Origin: Streblomastix strix
Taxonomy: Eukaryota
Assembly: GCA_008636045.1 (NCBI GenBank)
Contig: SNRW01000070.1
Span: forward strand, 1 to 32,028
Direction: 5' to 3'
DNA length: 32,028 nucleotides
Shown: one piece after another, positions 25,775 through 32,028 of the stretch
How positions within the stretch are numbered: position 1 is the stretch's first letter
Layout: each line of letters begins with the position of its first letter
Position numbers and translations under genes: made by a program
The notes under the pieces: model-generated
Told to the model about the DNA's origin: nothing
Databases searched by the model: none
Seen by the model: only the letters and a program-made list of their open reading frames with translations

Positions 25775-27108
25775 TCATGCCCAGAAAAATATTGATGGAT
25801 CATCTTTGATATTGATTATGATTCTTTAAGTTTAATCTGGCAATTCTTCGAATGTTTATTCATCTTCATCAAAAATCTTGAACAAATAAGCTTCAAATTC
25901 TTCATATCCTCCTCCGCTTTCTGTTTATTCTTCAACAATTTTTTCCATTTCATTCATTCGTGGGCATTTTTCTGTTCCAATTTTAATTTGATAGAAGATA
26001 TTGTTAAAAATTAATAAGGCAATTTCGTTTATTCTTATATTATCTTCTTGATTTCCACCTTTAATTCCAAATATTTCAATCATTTGTCTGGCAAATAGAA
26101 GTTCCGTAATAATTTTCGTTTTCAATTAATTGCCAGTATTAAGCCAAATCAACAAAATGTTAATTAGGCTATTTAACCTTATTCTTTTAGATAGTTCATT
26201 ATTTGTTTTATCTTCATTCTTTTATCTATTGTATTTTGAGAGTGCGATTAATAACAAAATTATTTGATCAATTTTAGTCACTTATTATATAATAGTATAG
26301 AATTTTAATATAGAAAATTGATAAGCAGATCAATAGATGCATCTAAATTCAAAATTGATGTGGCTATTGGAACTGACAATAAAATTTAAGATGAATGCAT
26401 ATTCAGTTAAATTGTTGATGATAAAGAATAATTTGATGTTTGTTGTGAAAATGAAATGATTTATTAATCAATGTGATTAATAATGTCGTGATTATTCAAC
26501 AAATATTATTTTGCTGTTTCATTATCTTATATAATTAAACTAATGATTCTAATTACATATAGTGATAGATCCAAATTTGTAGATGATTAAATGATATTGA
26601 TAGATTTATTGCAATGAACATTAATTGGGCAATTAATATGCAATAATGGAGAAATAATCTCATGTGTCTTGTGAGTAACAAAATAATTCACATACTCTTC
26701 ATAAATAGCTATTTATTCAATAGATTTCAACAATTTTATTGCTTCTTTCATTTCTTTTTCTAAAATCTAATCTTTCTCATCCTAATTCTTTCTTTTCTTC
26801 TTCTTTCGCTAATCATTTGTAATTCTTATTATATTTTCAACTAATATCTTAATATGTGAATTTAATACTTTTCAATATTAATATAATCTCTAATTATCAT
26901 ATTAATAATAAGAATAGATGAAGACAATAATTGTTGCAAGTTTAATAGTATATTCAGAATATTAAAACTTTTTATTTTATCTTGTATCATTTAGAAACAA
27001 TTCATAAAATATTTCTTAAATCTTTTGGGTTAAACATGTTTCTCCAAAAATATTAAAGTATTTAAATTCATCAATAAAAAATTAGTCTAATCCTTATTCA
27101 ACAATCAT
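25775..27108 (-). pseudogene. 'EEQIEEEG' family member with an internal stop and a frameshift
   Basis: The minus frame reads MIVEQGLDQFF...LHINCPINVHC...; in-frame TGA at 26874-26872; frameshift near 26290-26310; then ...EKIVEEQTESGGGYEEFEAYLF...FFWA-TGA-TGA. The 5' end is uncertain. Confidence 0.68.
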
Positions 27109-27120
27109 TTCAATAATTCC

Positions 27121-28346
27121 AATAAGTTCTTTCTCAATGTAACTGTTCTTCTTGAAGGTTCTTGTATCAGTTCATGAGCAGATTTTGCGAAGATTGCACA
27201 CTAGAAGAAAGTTGCGAGAGTATGAAATATAATTATTTGTTTATATATTTATTATTTGAATTAAATTTATATTTATCTATTTAATTTTATTCACATATTT
27301 TAATTATTTTAATTTTCCATATATACTTAATTAATGTAATCGCAGATTGTTGCAGTTAGTAACTTCGGTGGTGTTCAAAATGGAGCTCGGTACAACGCTG
27401 GGACAGCAGGAGGAAGCAGTACTCTGAATAATGGATACTTCGAAGAACGTCTTTAATAATACTTTGATGATCCAGCTGAATTTGAATCTATTGGAATTAC
27501 TTAGAAAGATTTCCCTGGGCTTTTTTTTATAGATAAGGCGCATCACTATCATTCGTTTATTCAGAATTTTATGGTGTCATATAATAAACAAAAGATAAAC
27601 TGAGTGAGTTCTATGTATATGATGCAGATTTCCAGATAAACTATGTTGAGAATTACGGAGATTAATAAAGATGGACAATAAAAGATTATGCTGAAATGTA
27701 TGCGAGAGTCATTAATGAAGTTGATTCAGCATTGAATGGAGAAGAATAATCCAAAATAAAGAATGCAGATAAATTAGGTTGTTTTTCTGGTGAAGTTGAA
27801 ATCAAAGGATGGCTCAGACAGACTGAATGTTTAGAGAAGGTCAAATCTAATCCTGATTTAATCTATGGGTAAAGATGTGAAGCATCAAAGAATAGAAACT
27901 CGGATGGAACGCGAAGTGTTGGAAAGTTTGCGAGATCTGCAGATAGATGCATATTTTCACATTGTCGACCTAGATACAGCAGAATAGGAAAAAATTGTGT
28001 GAAAGAATTAATCCTCCATGAAGAAGGTTAAGATAAAGAAGAAATATGGCCTGAAATATTAGAGAAACAATATCATGATCAGGTTTATGGTGTTACTACT
28101 GATCCAATTAAACCGGAAGAAGAAGAGAAATAAAACCAATGGAAAACAGTTGGGATCTTCTTTATCATTTTCTCTTTGCTTCTGATGGTTGCATTGATTA
28201 TAATAGTTGTAATATTCATTCTCATATAAAAGAGTTAGAATAGTAAGAGTAAGAATGTGGAATTGAATGATCAATATCAGGAACCTCTGGTTTATCAAAC
28301 CCCGATTCCTGAACCATGTCAGGGTCAAAATTTGTCTGATGAATGA
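27121..28346 (+). pseudogene. 5'-truncated, damaged single-pass membrane protein resembling eukaryotic S41-family peptidases; intron 27220-27345
   Basis: NVTVLLEGSCISS*ADFAKIAHQKKVAR|IVAVSNFGG resembles the S41 DGxCxSxC motif region, and LSEFYVYDADFQINY resembles the downstream EF...AD motif. A Cys-containing stalk, the transmembrane helix VGIFFIIFSLLLMVALIIIVVIFILI and a short tail end at TGA 28344-28346. Lesions: TGA at 27175-27177 and a frameshift in the poly-T run near 27521-27528. The family assignment comes from motif recall. Confidence 0.6.
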
Positions 28347-28701
28347 AGATGCAAATGAATAAGCGTAGTATAAGATGATTAATAGTATAGAAAGAAGAAA
28401 TTTGGGGTAAGTTCAAAATCGTATTTATTATAATCAATTTACCCGCAATTTTGAACTTTTTCCGTCAATTTGCGAAAATCCCTATAGCGGAAGCACATAC
28501 ATAAGTATGGTTCCATTAATCATAGGAAAATGTATAAATTGATGAAATAGAACAAATGTGAATAAATTGATTATAATAAATATGGTTTTGAACTTACTGC
28601 AAACATTCTTCTGAGCAATGCTAATTAATTATTAAAAATAAATTATTGAGGTTAACGAAATGGTTAGAGTTAATAATTGTTATAATATAATATTTTTAGA
28701 T

Positions 28702-28772
28702 GTATATGTAGTTCAATAGGCAAATGTGTGAATTTTCCAAGAGGTAATGGGTTCGAATCCCACAACTGGGCC
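28702..28772 (+). tRNA. Degenerate tRNA-like sequence (pseudo-tRNA or tRNA-derived element); anticodon not assignable
   Basis: A-box-like TAGTTCAATAGG at 28709, T-arm TGGG-TTCGAAT-CCCA at ~28748-28762, and a T5 run at 28774-28778. The acceptor and anticodon stems do not pair. Confidence 0.6.
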
Positions 28773-29009
28773 GTTTTTGCATTTAGTGATTTAGAGCCAA
28801 AATGCAAAAATTTGTAAGATAAAAAAAATTTTTTTTCGATTTTCGACAAATTTTTTAACCCCCCTTTTTTTAATTTTATTTTTAATTTAATCATTTTTGG
28901 GATATTCAGGAGATGTTTTTTTATATAATTTTTACAAATAAGAATTGTCCTTAAAAATTATTTTTTTCAACATTCACGCGTATATTCGTAGTAATTATAT
29001 ATAAAATAA

Positions 29010-29420
29010 ATGTAAAAATAAATTACCAAATTTATAGATGATAAGGCGTTCAAAGTTGATAAAAATAAATTTATGGATTTCATTAAGAATTTGAACTTTG
29101 TTTTTAAGAAATAATTCAGTATCAATAATTTAGAAGAATAATTCGAAGATAAAATTATTTCTTAATGGTATAAGATTTATCTCGAAAATTTTTAAAAATA
29201 TCACGCTGAACGAATAAAATAGAACGTTAAACCATAAAAAACAAAGATTTAATCGGAACCAGTTAAAATTAAGAATCCATTTAGAAGTAAAGTTAAAGAT
29301 AAATCTGAGATAGTATAAGATATTAAATTAATACTTAGAAAGAAATATTAACGTCCATACTTCTCCTCTGAATTTGGGAGCTGGTAAATTGATAAGCCTG
29401 TTAAAAGGTGGCATGGATGA
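29010..29420 (+). mobile_element. Truncated integrase-like ORF (N-terminal part up to the putative first catalytic Asp)
   Basis: Intronless 136-aa frame MQKQITKFIDD...LRKKYQRPYFSSEFGSWQID-KPVKRWHG*. RPYFS...WQID resembles the segment leading into the first Asp of rve-type DDE integrases in Polinton/Maverick-like elements (recalled, not searched). Confidence 0.5.
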
Positions 29421-29468
29421 CACGAAAAAAAAGATCTGGATGTCACCTAATGTTGCTCATGTCACCTC
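29394..29468. repeat. Degenerate copy of the GGGTGAC/GTCACCC element
   Basis: AGCCTGTTAAAAGGTGGCATGGATGACACGA...ATGTCACC...CATGTCACC aligns with AGCTTGGCCTAGGGTTACATGGGTGACACGA...ATGTCACCCATGTCACCC starting near 30205. Confidence 0.6.
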
Positions 29469-30201
29469 TTTATAAAATAATAAAAAATAAAAATTATTTA
29501 TAATATTATAAATTACTTTTATTTAATTTAATTTTATATTAAAAATAGTAAAATATTGTATAATAATAAAATTTAAACGAAAATAATCATATATTTAGTT
29601 TCAATTATGATTAAAAATACATAAATTTGACAAAAACTTTGTTCATACATTGAAGTATAGCTAAATTGAAGTGTTTTTATTATATTTTCCTATTGTAATT
29701 TAAATTTAAATAAAAATATAAACATAATTAATTAAAATAGTATAAAAATATGATTTATAAACTTAAAAATAATAGTTTCAAAAAATTTTTGATTTGATTG
29801 TAATTCTATAATTAATATCAGAGTATAACTATATATTCAAATAAACAAAAATAATAAAGTAGAATAGATAATAAATAAATAAATTAAAATCAGATTGCTT
29901 ATTATTATATTCCATGAGAAAATTCAATTATAACAGAAAATTTATACAATTGCAGAATTCTTAATATGAAGCAAATAAATTTTAGTTAATATAGTATTAA
30001 TAAGCATATAATATTAATTTAAACTATATATATAAGTCACAGTAAATTGGGTAAAGCGAGTGTTGAAGAACAAATCCAAGATTTGGGAATTGGGGCATTC
30101 GACTGCCTCAAGTTTAGAATAATAGTTGGTTGAATGACAAATGTAAAATGGTTAATGTCACATAAATTTCTTGTTTGATATAACAAAAAACAAACTGTAC
30201 G

Positions 30202-30291
30202 TAGAGCTTGGCCTAGGGTTACATGGGTGACACGATTTACTGGGGTGACATGGGTGACGGGTGACATGTCACCCATGTCACCCGTCACCCC
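30202..30291. repeat. GC-rich near-palindromic heptamer array (GGGTGAC x4 followed by GTCACCC x3), candidate transposon end
   Basis: GGGGTGACATGGGTGACGGGTGAC-AT-GTCACCCATGTCACCCGTCACCCC at 30242-30291, preceded by GGGTTACATGGGTGAC, within extremely AT-rich flanks. Confidence 0.85.
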
Positions 30292-31306
30292 GAAGAAAAG
30301 TGTAATAATTATCATACATTAATATATATTTCTTTATTATAATTAAATATAAACTATATTATAACATTTATATTAGATATAATAATAAAGATATTGAGAA
30401 AAAAAATTTTTTTATTTATTTATAATTGAAACTTTTTTAAAAAGTTCTTACTTAAAAAATCTTATGATAATATTTAAAAACTTTTTTTTTATTATTAAAT
30501 TAAAAATTTGAATTTAATAAAAAAAATTTTAAATTTTTTTTTAATTATTTTTTTTTTGATTTTTCAACTGTTGAAATGTCACCAGAACGTGATCTTGGCG
30601 GTCACTCTCGAAAGGATTTGTAACTTTTTAACAGCCTTAGACATCATAATACTATGCATTGAAATTGAGAATATATTTAATTTTTTATCAATGGGTCAGA
30701 TCTGATTAAAATTATTTAAACTATTTTTTTGATTTAATCATCATTTGATTGATACAGGAATTCTTATTGTCCTAATGATGATATGTTTCTGAAATTGCTG
30801 ATATATTGATATCTATATTACTGTAATAGAATTTTGTACAATTACTTTCTGATTGAATGGAACTATTGGGTGAAAATCTGGGCTTTTACCTTTTGGTCCG
30901 GTTAGGTATTTCGAGAAAAAACGAAATACTCTTAAAGGATTAAATATTTAAAATGGGTTAGAAATTTTAAGTTCACACACTCAAATTTGGTTATTTCAGG
31001 ATATTTGAATATTCAATAATCTCTGGACCGGGAGAAAAATTTTGAAGTTGTTTGACATATGATTGTTAAAATAAGTTCAATTTTCTCAAAATTTTCATTA
31101 TTGAAGGAAATAAAATAAAATTAATTTATAATTACAATTAAATGTTTTCAGGAACAAAGTTGGAATAGAAAATTTGAAAAATGCTTGATTTTTAATGTAA
31201 CAATAATTTATTTAATTTAAATATATTTAATTTGTATTACAACAATAAATTCAAAAAAGAAAAAATTAATAGTTGCGCAAAAATAGGTCGGTTATTTGAA
31301 AAAATA

Positions 31307-32028
31307 TGAAAGCAAACAATGACGTAATCTGGAAGTGAGTACTTGTGAGCATTATTTGGACACTTCAAGGAGGGAACAGGCTTAAATACGCCACCGACAG
31401 TGACTGACTATTTACGACAGGAATACGAATTGGATAGATTTTCACGCATTCGCAGGTGATCACAGGATTTCAATGACAAGACGCCGAAGCTGGACCCGCA
31501 CCAAGGACAACGTCCATGCAGGAGATTTAATGTTTTTTTCAATAAATTCATTGAATTTCTAATAAAACGCAAAGCTTTCGTAATTGATTTCTGTGCGAAT
31601 CTGATCGCTCTAGTGCAAGTACGAGACTACAAGGCGCAAACTTTGGATGCATCAGAGGTTAAAAGATGTTTTGAAGTACGATCATACCTGGCACGGTCCA
31701 ATAATGTCAACGGCCGGATCGACGTGTATGTCTAGAATTTGAAAATTCAAATTCGAATACTCTACAAGCAAACGTTACTTTCGATTCATCATGTATTGGA
31801 ATGGAACACTAACGAGACTATAGTAAGATTTACAGCCAAATTGGTTTACACAAGAAATTTTGAGCTTAGAGAGGCTGTTCACCGAGATATCCGGGTCTCA
31901 AAGCGAACGGTGATCACCATAAAAGATTCAATGAATGCAAAATGCCAAAGTGACGTATTTAGTCCCCGTATATTATCGTATCGCATATTAAGTGAATTAT
32001 TATTAATATAATGTTAAATAAAAACAGT
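31307..32028 (+). pseudogene. Degraded intronless, GC-richer ORF, possibly a retroelement (DIRS-like ORF1/gag) relic
   Basis: Abrupt rise in GC. Long frame ...NKFIEFLIKRKAF...QTLDASEVKRC...LREAVHRDIR...SDVFSP, with TGA at 31457-31459 and probable frameshifts. No diagnostic catalytic motif was seen. Confidence 0.35.

Noticed and set aside
28702..28772. Functional tRNA (suppressor Gln or Sec)
   Set aside because: The acceptor and anticodon stems do not pair, there is no long variable arm, and no TTA/CTA/TCA anticodon sits in the proper position.
30037..30315. 92-aa minus ORF with VTH/VTP repeats
   Set aside because: The periodicity is simply the translation of the DNA heptamer array.
30570..31200. 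Possible transposase downstream of the GGGTGAC array
   Set aside because: The frames examined on both strands contain several TGAs and no recognisable motif. It may be decayed coding sequence but cannot be assigned.
1..32028. General reassignment of all three stop codons
   Set aside because: The intact genes (DDX6, thioredoxin, the scanned parts of the giant gene) have no internal TGA and end at TGA. Internal TGAs occur mostly in damaged genes and align to different residues.

Overview
AT-rich eukaryotic genomic DNA with short GT-AG introns. It uses a non-standard code in which TAA/TAG encode Gln and TGA is the only stop (translation table 6), so the supplied standard-code ORF track is largely fragments or antisense shadows. 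The code, intron style and gene families suggest an oxymonad such as Streblomastix strix (inference, not verified). Re-read by hand in this code, the window contains: the 3' part of a long coiled-coil/low-complexity gene; an ER thioredoxin/PDI-like gene (CPAC active site, C-terminal DEEL); an actin-family pseudogene; three decayed members of a helical 'EEQIEEEGxxEEhEA' family; a ~3,800-aa gene with an N-terminal pseudokinase, 24-aa helical repeats, an E/K/R helix and an ARM-like region; an intact DDX6/Dhh1 helicase; and a damaged S41-like membrane peptidase. The last ~3.5 kb is a mobile-element graveyard: a degenerate tRNA, a truncated integrase-like ORF, a GGGTGAC palindromic array present in two copies, and a degraded GC-richer ORF. 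Exon coordinates were derived manually and may be off by a few bases.
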